Positions 10,063 through 17,706 of a stretch of DNA of 64,000 bases are shown here, piece after piece. Location of the stretch: the IMG/VR virus record IMGVR_UViG_3300037042_002251. One strand, written 5' to 3'. Below the pieces are notes generated by a model, which worked only from the letters and a program-made list of their open reading frames with translations, had not been told where the DNA came from and did no database searches. The stretch comes from an uncultured virus (IMG/VR IMGVR_UViG_3300037042_002251). Lineage: Duplodnaviria > Heunggongvirae > Uroviricota > Caudoviricetes. Position numbers and translations under genes: made by a program. Each line of letters opens with the position of its first letter. Position 1 is the stretch's first letter.

Positions 10063-10914
10063 ATGCGAAACGACATCGTTACGACCGAGACCGAGACCAA
10101 GTTCCTCGCGCAGTTCGAGGACATCGACGACGCCACCGACGAGCAGGTCGAGGAGTTCGCGAAGGCGTGGGTCGAGGAAGTCTTCGAGGGTTCGAGCAAG
10201 GACGTGTGGAAGATTGACCTGCGGTGGTACGAGGACTACGCCAACAACGACAGTTGTGGTGAGAAGGGCATCCTCTCGGGCGATTGGAACCGTGTGACCC
10301 GGGACGTGCAGAACCTTCTTGAGCGTGCGGGGTACACCCTCGATTGGTGTGACGCCGTGTGTTCCTGCGGTGGTTGCGGCAAGGCAATCCAAACTCAGCC
10401 ATCTCACTACGGGTGGAAGCCCGAGTACGTCGTGGGGGATGGTGACATTCTCTGCGAGTCCTGTGTGGAGGAGGACCCCGAAGACATGCTCGCGGACCTG
10501 CGCGGCAACGAGGACAAGGCTCTCACGCTCGATAGCGTGGACCTCAACGACCACGGTTACACTCGTGTTGACCGGCGGTTCGAGCATGGGTGGTTCCCGG
10601 GGCAGGACGACAGCCCGAAGGCGATTGCCAAGACGTTGCGTGAGCGCGGCATCGAGGACTTCATCTTCAGCCTCGACGACGTGGGGCAGTTCGATGCCCG
10701 GTTCAGCGTGTGGGTGCGAGACGAGGACATTGAGCGGGCGCACGACGTGACGGGCAAGTGCGACGAGCCGCCGAACGTCGTGATGGAGCGTGCGCTCAAG
10801 AGCATCCCCGCCTCGACCGGCGAGGGCATCCAATACAACCGAGTGAGTGCGGACGGTAGCGTCACGACGACCTACCTCACGCCTGAGCAGTTCATCGAGG
10901 GAGTGAAGGAATGA
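10063..10914 (+). CDS. hypothetical acidic protein with Cys clusters
   Basis: CSCGGC and CESC; AGGAG upstream. Confidence 0.8.
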   Translation: MRNDIVTTETETKFLAQFEDIDDATDEQVEEFAKAWVEEVFEGSSKDVWKIDLRWYEDYANNDSCGEKGILSGDWNRVTRDVQNLLERAGYTLDWCDAVCSCGGCGKAIQTQPSHYGWKPEYVVGDGDILCESCVEEDPEDMLADLRGNEDKALTLDSVDLNDHGYTRVDRRFEHGWFPGQDDSPKAIAKTLRERGIEDFIFSLDDVGQFDARFSVWVRDEDIERAHDVTGKCDEPPNVVMERALKSIPASTGEGIQYNRVSADGSVTTTYLTPEQFIEGVKE

Positions 10915-11114
10915 GAGCGAACAAGTACGCGTACCTCTACGTTCTACAGGGCAAGTACGCTCACGGGTGGGAGGACCTCTGCGCCGCAGACATGCGCGAG
11001 CGCGGGGCGTTCAAGACCATCCGAGCGGATTGGAAGTCGTACCGCGAGAATGAGGGAGGCACCTATCGCATCATCGAGCGACGAGAACTCAACACCAACA
11101 CGCAGGAGGCATAG
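10911..11114 (+). CDS. hypothetical protein
   Basis: ATGA overlap. Confidence 0.7.
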   Translation: MRANKYAYLYVLQGKYAHGWEDLCAADMRERGAFKTIRADWKSYRENEGGTYRIIERRELNTNTQEA

Positions 11115-11116
11115 TC

Positions 11117-11482
11117 ATGGCAACGCGAAGCAACATCGGTATCCGCGAGAACGACGGAACCATTTCGACCATCTACTGTCACAACGACGGGTACCCGCAA
11201 CACGTGGGGCGCATCCTGCTCGCTGACTACACGAGTGAGACTGCCGTGCGTGAACTGCTCGCGCTCGGGGACATCTCCACGCTCGGGGACACGACGCTCT
11301 CCACGTACGCGTACCATCGCGACCGGGGCGAAGCGAAGGCGGACCCCATCGTGTACGAGCCCGGCGCGTTCGAGCAGGAGCACGACTACGCCTACGTGTG
11401 GGACATCGCGGGAGAGCGTTGGTTGTGGTGGGACGAGAACGCCCTCAAGCCCCTCACGCAAGAGGACGTGGTGATGTTCTGA
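11117..11482 (+). CDS. conserved phage protein (MATRSxIG...IYCHxDGYP type)
   Basis: N-terminal motif common in phage early regions; AGGAGG upstream. Confidence 0.75.
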   Translation: MATRSNIGIRENDGTISTIYCHNDGYPQHVGRILLADYTSETAVRELLALGDISTLGDTTLSTYAYHRDRGEAKADPIVYEPGAFEQEHDYAYVWDIAGERWLWWDENALKPLTQEDVVMF

Positions 11483-11483
11483 C

Positions 11484-11538
11484 CCTCACATGACGCGTGC
11501 GTGACGCGCACACAACGTGTGCGTCACGTGCGCCCTAC
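11484..11538 (+). repeat. 11-bp phased repeat array 4
   Basis: CCTCACATGAC/GCGTGCGTGAC/GCGCACACAAC/GTGTGCGTCAC/GTGCGCCCTAC. Confidence 0.9.
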
Positions 11539-11560
11539 ACGGGGGACGTTGCTTGTTTCG

Positions 11561-11588
11561 TTGTCAATAGGTCAGACCGAGGTATGTT
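11561..11588 (+). promoter_or_regulatory. early promoter 4
   Basis: TTGTCA-N16-TATGTT. Confidence 0.8.
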
Positions 11589-11643
11589 CAGTTTGTCGGG
11601 ACGAGGTTTGTCCTGACGTTTCAACACCACATGGGAGGCCCAC

Positions 11644-11940
11644 ATGCGCGACGCCACTTCGTTCGTTTCCTACGCTCTTGAGTTCTACGGCCCGATGGGG
11701 CTCTACGGGTACTTCTTCCTCGGCTCGCCCGTGAGCGAGTCGGATTGTTGGAAGGCCCTCACGCACCTGCGTGCACTTCGGGACAAGCAGGACATCCCGT
11801 TCGAGGGCGACTCGATGGACCGAGAGGCCCTGCGCGACATTCTCTTCGTGCAGAAGGGCATGGTTCACCCGTCCGAGACCGAGTTCGAGACCGGGTTCGG
11901 CTGGGACGAGGTCGCGGGAACAACCGTGGAGGTGATGTGA
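11644..11940 (+). CDS. hypothetical protein
   Basis: GGGAGG upstream; first gene after promoter 4. Confidence 0.7.
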   Translation: MRDATSFVSYALEFYGPMGLYGYFFLGSPVSESDCWKALTHLRALRDKQDIPFEGDSMDREALRDILFVQKGMVHPSETEFETGFGWDEVAGTTVEVM

Positions 11941-12119
11941 GCAAGCGACACACCGCATCGCGGTCGTTCATCGAGCAGCCCAAGATGGCGTGGTTGCTCG
12001 TCAAGGAGAGCAAGTGGGACATTGGCGAGTGGGTCCGAATGACCCTCGACGACGCCTCTTTGCTAGGTTCGGTGCTTCGCGCCGAGGGGATTGAAACCGC
12101 CATTCTGACGGACCGCTGA
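11937..12119 (+). CDS. hypothetical protein
   Basis: GGAGGT upstream; GTGA overlap. Confidence 0.6.
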   Translation: MSKRHTASRSFIEQPKMAWLLVKESKWDIGEWVRMTLDDASLLGSVLRAEGIETAILTDR

Positions 12120-12148
12120 ACAACAACACGCTCAAGGGAGACAACATC

Positions 12149-12454
12149 ATGGCTGCACACGGACTGACGATTCTCAAGCAGATTGCCAACCGCATCGAGA
12201 CCGGCACGCCGGACATGGCGTGCGACTATGCGTTCGCCGCGACGGGCGCACCGGGTACCTGCGCCTTCACGGCGGGGTTCGACATGGACACGTGGGAGGC
12301 ACTCGACCGGGTGGGCGAGAGCCGGGACCTTACGGCCCTGCGCGACGCCGTCGCCGCTGGCATCGAGCGGCACGCGTGGATGCATCAGTTCCGGACCCTC
12401 GAAGAGGTTCGCGCGTTCCTGATGAACAACACGGGAGAGGTGACCAATGCGTGA
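12149..12454 (+). CDS. hypothetical protein
   Basis: CA-rich leader and AAGGGAG. Confidence 0.75.
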   Translation: MAAHGLTILKQIANRIETGTPDMACDYAFAATGAPGTCAFTAGFDMDTWEALDRVGESRDLTALRDAVAAGIERHAWMHQFRTLEEVRAFLMNNTGEVTNA

Positions 12455-12875
12455 GAAGGTGTGGGTGAACCCCAACAAGATGCTCGTGGAGACGGGCAAC
12501 AAGACGTTCGACCGCCAATGTGACGTGGTCGCGCACGGGAACGTGGTGGCTCGGTGTCAGATGTCGTCGCACATCCGTCCGACCCGCTGCGCGATGCCGT
12601 CCGGTGAGCCCGCCAAGGACGGGCAGATGAGGGACTTCGACCTCAAGCACTTCAAGAACCTGCCCCACGGGGTGCAGTACATCGTGCGGCTTCACGCCGA
12701 CAATGGGGTCGAGACCATCCTGTATGAGTTCCGCCATTGGCGGGGCGAGCACAAGGTCCTTCACGGGTACGTGCTGACCGAGGCCAAGACCAACGCGGTC
12801 CTGAGCGTCATGCCGTCCCGCTTCAGCAAGAGCAACGGTGTGCTCCAGCACGTCATCCCCTACATCGCCAACTGA
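12447..12875 (+). CDS. hypothetical protein
   Basis: GAGGTG upstream. Confidence 0.75.
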   Translation: MREKVWVNPNKMLVETGNKTFDRQCDVVAHGNVVARCQMSSHIRPTRCAMPSGEPAKDGQMRDFDLKHFKNLPHGVQYIVRLHADNGVETILYEFRHWRGEHKVLHGYVLTEAKTNAVLSVMPSRFSKSNGVLQHVIPYIAN

Positions 12876-12888
12876 GAGGACAACACAC

Positions 12889-13569
12889 ATGAGCATCAAC
12901 ATCGACACCGTCGTCACGTTCACCCGTCAGAACACCGGCAAGCACTTCCTCGACAGCGGATTCGAGAACGGGCGAGTGTGGCAGCAGCCCGCGCCCGAGG
13001 GAATGTTCCACGTCGATTCGGACGGGTGGGTGAGCATGTCCCTCACGCACGTGTTGTCCGATAACGCCACGGTCGTGCGGGATGTGCAGGCCGCAATCGA
13101 GCAAGCCCTCGCGGACAACGAGGACCTCACGTGGTTCGAGTCGGGCCCGCACGTGATGGAGGAACGCGGGTTCACGTGCTCGGCCCGGGACAACACGTAC
13201 AACAGCGAGAACGACTACGACCAAAACTTCGTTTGGGAGGTGTGGCAGCGTGAGAGCGGGCGAGATTGGATTTGGGACACCGATGCGGTGGTCCTCGTCT
13301 ACGCCCACACGGGAGCCGACGCTCGTGGAGGATACGCTCGTCCCGTCGCGGTACGGTTCGACGGGGATGCGGTCATCCCGCTGGACCCGTTCGTGTCGTT
13401 CGTGCCCGCCGATGACCATGACGATGACACGTACGAGCGCGAACATGGGCAGTCCCGTCTGCGCGACCAATACCCCACGTTCGTCAAGTACGACAAGGAA
13501 ACGCAGACGCTCACCCTCGCGACAAAGGACGGCGAGGAGCGCGACTTCCTGTTCCACTTTTGGATTTGA
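12889..13569 (+). CDS. hypothetical protein
   Basis: GAGG upstream; contains ENTG-like QNTG..FLDSG and HTGADARGGY motifs. Confidence 0.8.
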   Translation: MSINIDTVVTFTRQNTGKHFLDSGFENGRVWQQPAPEGMFHVDSDGWVSMSLTHVLSDNATVVRDVQAAIEQALADNEDLTWFESGPHVMEERGFTCSARDNTYNSENDYDQNFVWEVWQRESGRDWIWDTDAVVLVYAHTGADARGGYARPVAVRFDGDAVIPLDPFVSFVPADDHDDDTYEREHGQSRLRDQYPTFVKYDKETQTLTLATKDGEERDFLFHFWI

Positions 13570-13570
13570 C

Positions 13571-13636
13571 CCTCACATGAGGGTCACGTGGGGTGTGCGT
13601 CATGTGCACGTGATGTGCATGTGACGTGCGCCTGAC
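13571..13636 (+). repeat. 11-bp phased repeat array 5
   Basis: CCTCACATGAG/GGTCACGTGGG/GTGTGCGTCAT/GTGCACGTGAT/GTGCATGTGAC/GTGCGCCTGAC; overlaps the inverted repeat TGACCCTCA-CA-TGAGGGTCA (13567-13586). Confidence 0.9.
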
Positions 13637-13658
13637 ACGGGGGAAGCCCTTCGGTTCC

Positions 13659-13686
13659 TTGTCAATCGGTCCGGACGAGGTATGCT
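13659..13686 (+). promoter_or_regulatory. early promoter 5
   Basis: TTGTCA-N16-TATGCT. Confidence 0.8.
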
Positions 13687-13754
13687 GTTTGTGTTCGGAA
13701 GGAGACCCTGTCCGAACTTCGTGAAAGACAACGTCACACATGCAGGAGGTACAC

Positions 13755-14177
13755 ATGAAGTCCATCGCCCTCAACCCTCGCCACGTCGTCCTCGCTCCCG
13801 AGGACCGGACCCGAAACCTCGCGCAGCAGGAGGTGCTCAAGCAGCACACGGCGACCCGTGTGCAGGAGTTGGTCAACAACGACGCCTTCATCGACGGGCT
13901 CGTCGAGGTCCTGCTGACCTCGGGAGTGCACGAAGTGATGTGGCACAAGACGCCCGTGGCGCGGCTCGGAAGCCACGTCGGCAAGGTCGATGCCGACACG
14001 ATGCGTCGCGGCATCGTCCGGCTCATGACCACGGCCCTCGACGCCCCGGGGGTCCGGTGGGCGCGTGAGGAGGTCCTCGATGGGGACAACGTGACGAGCA
14101 ACACCGCGAGCATGGTTTGGCTCGCGGCCTTCCCCAAGACGGCGTCGGCCCGCCGTGAACTCAATGGAGGTGAGTGA
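13755..14177 (+). CDS. hypothetical protein
   Basis: AGGAGGT upstream. Confidence 0.75.
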   Translation: MKSIALNPRHVVLAPEDRTRNLAQQEVLKQHTATRVQELVNNDAFIDGLVEVLLTSGVHEVMWHKTPVARLGSHVGKVDADTMRRGIVRLMTTALDAPGVRWAREEVLDGDNVTSNTASMVWLAAFPKTASARRELNGGE

Positions 14178-14178
14178 C

Positions 14179-14349
14179 ATGTCCCGCAAGCCCATCCCCT
14201 TCGTCGCACCCGATTACGACGACGACGGCAACCCGCAGACCGTTCGCGGTCACGTGCGAGACGCCGTGTTCCTGACCCTGCGAGCCTTCGGGTTCGTGGG
14301 GTTGCTCGCTCTCATCTACGCCTTTCTCGTTCTGCTCTTCTGCATCTGA
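14179..14349 (+). CDS. small membrane protein
   Basis: GGAGGTG upstream; hydrophobic C-terminus. Confidence 0.7.
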   Translation: MSRKPIPFVAPDYDDDGNPQTVRGHVRDAVFLTLRAFGFVGLLALIYAFLVLLFCI

Positions 14350-14372
14350 CACTCACAAAGGAGACAACGCAC

Positions 14373-14858
14373 ATGGACAACAACACGACTTCCGCTCTCG
14401 CCTTTTTCTCCAGCCTCTACGCGAACGGCCTCGACAAGTACTCGGTCGGTCGCCGGTATCCGAACCTTCACTTCAGCGAGAGCGGGTACACGCGGCTCGC
14501 GATGACCGTCGGCTGGCTGCTCGGACGCGAAGACGCCGAGACCCTCGCGGGCTGGCTCGACGAACGGCTCGCGTGGCTGAATGGCTACGGTGCCGAGGAA
14601 GGCAAGGCCCCGCGCTTCCGGGTGTCGCTCTCGGACGACCGGCTCCCCGGTTCGTGGAGCCTCGCGTGGTTCGGTCGGACCGACAAGGTGGAGGGTTCCC
14701 GCATGGAGATGAACCTCGAACGCTACGTCGAGGGTGAGTACAAGACCATCGCGTACTCGTATGCGTGGAACGGCGGTCTCATCTTCCACGGGGGACGGGG
14801 CGACACGTTCACCGTGCGGCTGGGCGACGACACCAACCCGTGGGGCATCCACACCTGA
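14373..14858 (+). CDS. hypothetical protein
   Basis: AAGGAG upstream; ends ...NGGLIFHG...WGIHT. Confidence 0.75.
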   Translation: MDNNTTSALAFFSSLYANGLDKYSVGRRYPNLHFSESGYTRLAMTVGWLLGREDAETLAGWLDERLAWLNGYGAEEGKAPRFRVSLSDDRLPGSWSLAWFGRTDKVEGSRMEMNLERYVEGEYKTIAYSYAWNGGLIFHGGRGDTFTVRLGDDTNPWGIHT

Positions 14859-14896
14859 GAATGACCGACACTCACTCACACACGACAGGAGACAAC

Positions 14897-15271
14897 ATGG
14901 AGGAACTTCGCATGAAGCGCGCTATCAATCTCACCCCGCACCCCATCGTCCTCATGCGCGAGGAGGCCGACGCTGTCGTGCTCCCGTCTGAGGGCATCTG
15001 CCGCGTGTCGTCCACGCCCGGTGCGCTCCACGACCTGTACCTGCCCGTCCCCGTCGCGAACGCGACCGTGTTCGGGGAAATCGAGGGCTTGCCCGAACCG
15101 CAGGAGAAGACGTGGTACATCGTGTCGGGCATGGTCGCATCGGCCCTCGTGCAGCGGGGCATCTCCCGTCCGGACGTGCTGGTGCCCGGTACGGGACCGA
15201 ACGACAGGGCCGTGCGCGACGCCCAAGGTCGCATCATCGGTGTCACCCGACTCGTGAGGGCAACGGCATGA
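14897..15271 (+). CDS. conserved phage protein (INLTPHPI...GLPEP...YIVS type)
   Basis: Recognisable motif pattern; CA-rich leader and AGGAG. Confidence 0.75.
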   Translation: MEELRMKRAINLTPHPIVLMREEADAVVLPSEGICRVSSTPGALHDLYLPVPVANATVFGEIEGLPEPQEKTWYIVSGMVASALVQRGISRPDVLVPGTGPNDRAVRDAQGRIIGVTRLVRATA

Positions 15272-15456
15272 ACATCCAAACAATCGACGGCAGGAAGGTG
15301 TGGGTCAATCCCCACTACATCGTGGCCGTGGAGGCGCGACAGGACGGCATCACGGACATCGTGGTGTCGTTCCACAACCGCGACGGCACGTACTCGGTGC
15401 GCGCCTCGCTCGACAGCATCGTGACCCGAATCAACAACGCGAAGGAGGGAGCATGA
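15268..15456 (+). CDS. hypothetical protein
   Basis: ATGA overlaps at both ends. Confidence 0.65.
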   Translation: MNIQTIDGRKVWVNPHYIVAVEARQDGITDIVVSFHNRDGTYSVRASLDSIVTRINNAKEGA

Positions 15457-16169
15457 ACCTGAAGAACGCAACGGTTGAGCAGTTGGACGACTTGCACCTG
15501 CCTGACGAGGCGCGGGTGGCTCTCGCGGAAGGGCGCGCGTGGGAGTTCATGCCCGAGCACATCGAAGGTGGGCTCACGTTCACGTACGAGGACGGTGGGC
15601 ATTGGTTCATGGTGTGGACGGCGTGGGGCTTGCGCCTTGACGTGAACGGCACGCTCTTCGAGGTCGAGTGGCACGTGGACTCGGACGGCGATTGGGAGGT
15701 GTCCGACGAGCACGCGTACGGCACGTTCGACCACGCTAAGGCGCACGAGCAGTCGCGTCAATCGTGGGTCGAGTACGCCCGATGGGTGGTGCGGCACAAG
15801 CAGGACCCGCTTCGCGAGTTCACGCGAGGGGAGACCAAGGTGAAGTCCACGACGTGGACGGTGGACTTCGCTCCCACGGTCACGAGCCCCGTGGCCGTTC
15901 GCGCCCGCAAGGGACGCAAGAAGTTCATCCCCCCGGGCGAGTTCCCCAAGGACCTCAACGCGTTCTTGGGCATCGAGAGTTCCGGCGGGTTCATGCGCTG
16001 GTTCGATTCGCTCGACGACCTCAAGGCGCGAGGCATGAACGTCACGTGGGTGAGCGAGCGTCGGGCTCACGTGCGTATCGAGGACGTGAACCACGGGTGG
16101 ACGCCCATCGCGGACGCAGTCCGGGCAGCACGAGAGTTCATCTACAACAACAAGCAGGAGGTGAAGTGA
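15453..16169 (+). CDS. hypothetical protein
   Basis: AAGGAGG upstream. Confidence 0.75.
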   Translation: MNLKNATVEQLDDLHLPDEARVALAEGRAWEFMPEHIEGGLTFTYEDGGHWFMVWTAWGLRLDVNGTLFEVEWHVDSDGDWEVSDEHAYGTFDHAKAHEQSRQSWVEYARWVVRHKQDPLREFTRGETKVKSTTWTVDFAPTVTSPVAVRARKGRKKFIPPGEFPKDLNAFLGIESSGGFMRWFDSLDDLKARGMNVTWVSERRAHVRIEDVNHGWTPIADAVRAAREFIYNNKQEVK

Positions 16170-16399
16170 TGTTGAGCGAGCAGGACAAGCAGGACCTCAT
16201 CGGGTTCGCGGTGGTGGGCAACGCCCTCAAGGACGAAAAGATGCTCGGTGCCCTCGCGGACACCATCCGGCGTCTCGGGGTCGTGAACGTGCTCACGTGG
16301 GTCGCCACGCAGGACGAGCGACGCAAGTTCTACAAGCGCATCCTCGCGACGTGCGAGATGGTGACCCGTGAGGACGGCGTCACCTACGGGTCCGCGTGA
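16169..16399 (+). CDS. hypothetical protein
   Basis: AGGAGGTG upstream. Confidence 0.7.
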   Translation: MLSEQDKQDLIGFAVVGNALKDEKMLGALADTIRRLGVVNVLTWVATQDERRKFYKRILATCEMVTREDGVTYGSA

Positions 16400-16641
16400 G
16401 GGTCGATTGGGCGGCTACGCGACACGAACTGTGTCTCGACGGCACGTGGACGAGCGACGAGAAGAACGCGTACGAGCGGGCGTGGGTGTTCTACCTGTGC
16501 TTGCAACGGTACGTGGAACTGTGCGAGGAGTACGGGCACGTGGAGGACTTCTCCACGTGGACCCGCTGGAGGGAGGCCGACTACCACAACAGCCTCGCAC
16601 GACTGTGTGACGAGTTGAACATCAGGAGGACGGACGCATGA
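16396..16641 (+). CDS. hypothetical protein
   Basis: GTGA overlap. Confidence 0.6.
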   Translation: MRVDWAATRHELCLDGTWTSDEKNAYERAWVFYLCLQRYVELCEEYGHVEDFSTWTRWREADYHNSLARLCDELNIRRTDA

Positions 16642-17066
16642 GCACGTGGAGTGTCGAGAACATCGAGGGGACCATTCCGAAGGTGCTTCGCACGTTCGAG
16701 AGAGCGAGCCCGCAGCACGACAACGCCCCCATCGCAGTCGTGTACGGTGACCGACCCGACGGTGGGCTCGCGATGATTGTCGTCGTGTTGGGGGGTGTCG
16801 CGAAGGAGGAGATGCCCGACATGATTGGAGCGGCGGTCGCGAGCGCGAATGGCAAGTACGCGCTCCTCGTGTGCGACAGCATCGTGGTGCAGCGCGACGT
16901 GGAGGAGCCCACGCCCGAACGCATGTTCATGGCCGTGCTGGAGGGCAAAGGGGTCCACAAAGCGTACATGTGGGACGGGAAGGCCGAGAGCCGGATTGGC
17001 ACGCTTCCGGGCGAGAACTTCGAGGGGAGATTCTACAACTTCTCGGGTCTGCTCGGGCAGAACTGA
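16638..17066 (+). CDS. hypothetical protein
   Basis: AGGAGG upstream; ATGA overlap. Confidence 0.75.
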   Translation: MSTWSVENIEGTIPKVLRTFERASPQHDNAPIAVVYGDRPDGGLAMIVVVLGGVAKEEMPDMIGAAVASANGKYALLVCDSIVVQRDVEEPTPERMFMAVLEGKGVHKAYMWDGKAESRIGTLPGENFEGRFYNFSGLLGQN

Positions 17067-17068
17067 CC

Positions 17069-17096
17069 TTGACACTACGACCGGACACGCTAGGCT
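17069..17096 (+). promoter_or_regulatory. sigma70-type promoter
   Basis: TTGACA-N16-TAGGCT; spacer shares GACCGGACA with promoter 3. Confidence 0.7.
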
Positions 17097-17102
17097 GGGT
17101 GT

Positions 17103-17180
17103 GCGGGGTTCCTGCTTCGCGTGGTGTGTCGTTAGAAGGTGCTTGAGCGGCTCGGTGGGCAACCCCGGGCCGCTCTCTGC
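17103..17180 (+). ncRNA. candidate small RNA
   Basis: Lies between a promoter and a terminator-like hairpin with no credible ORF; 5' hairpin and GU-rich middle. Confidence 0.45.
17145..17175. terminator. hairpin between convergent transcription units
   Basis: GAGCGGCTCGG...CCGGGCCGCTC stem; short U tail. Confidence 0.7.
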
Positions 17181-17182
17181 GT

Positions 17183-17620
17183 TTATCCCTGCTCGTCCGG
17201 GTCGATGTTCTCGATGACGCCGCGCTTCGGCAACTTTCGTCCCATCGCCTTGAACAGGATGCCGCGAGCCCAATCGCTGAACGACCGGTCGAGGGTCGCT
17301 GCGAAGTTTCGCAGCATGTTCTCCTCTTCTTCGCTCACGCAGATGGAGACGGCATGGCGGCGGGTCTTTTCCTTCGGAACCCGCTTGTAGGGCCTCTTTC
17401 CGATTCGACGGTCACGCGGGGCGGGCAGGACTTCAGGCTTCGCCTCGAAGGTCGTGACGACGGGTGGACGCTCGACCTGCCGGACAGGCTCGGTCGGTGC
17501 AGTTCGTGCATGGTCGATGGTGATTCGGCTCGACGGAGTAGGGGTCGAAACGGGCCGGGTCGGGTTCTTCGATTCGTCCGTGGGGGACGGCTTCTGCCAA
17601 AGGTTGAGTCGGGGGTTCAT
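17183..17620 (-). CDS. ribbon-helix-helix DNA-binding protein
   Basis: C-terminal HAVSICVSEEEENMLRNFAATLDRSFSDWARGIL; TGC-TATTAT lies 7 nt before the ATG, so probably leaderless. Confidence 0.65.
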   Translation of the reverse strand: MNPRLNLWQKPSPTDESKNPTRPVSTPTPSSRITIDHARTAPTEPVRQVERPPVVTTFEAKPEVLPAPRDRRIGKRPYKRVPKEKTRRHAVSICVSEEEENMLRNFAATLDRSFSDWARGILFKAMGRKLPKRGVIENIDPDEQG

Positions 17621-17706
17621 GGCAAAGATAATAGCATGGTCATCCCCCGTGCGCGTGCGCCCGCGCAGGGAACAGGGTATGACGGTTGACACTTTCGGGA
17701 GGACGA

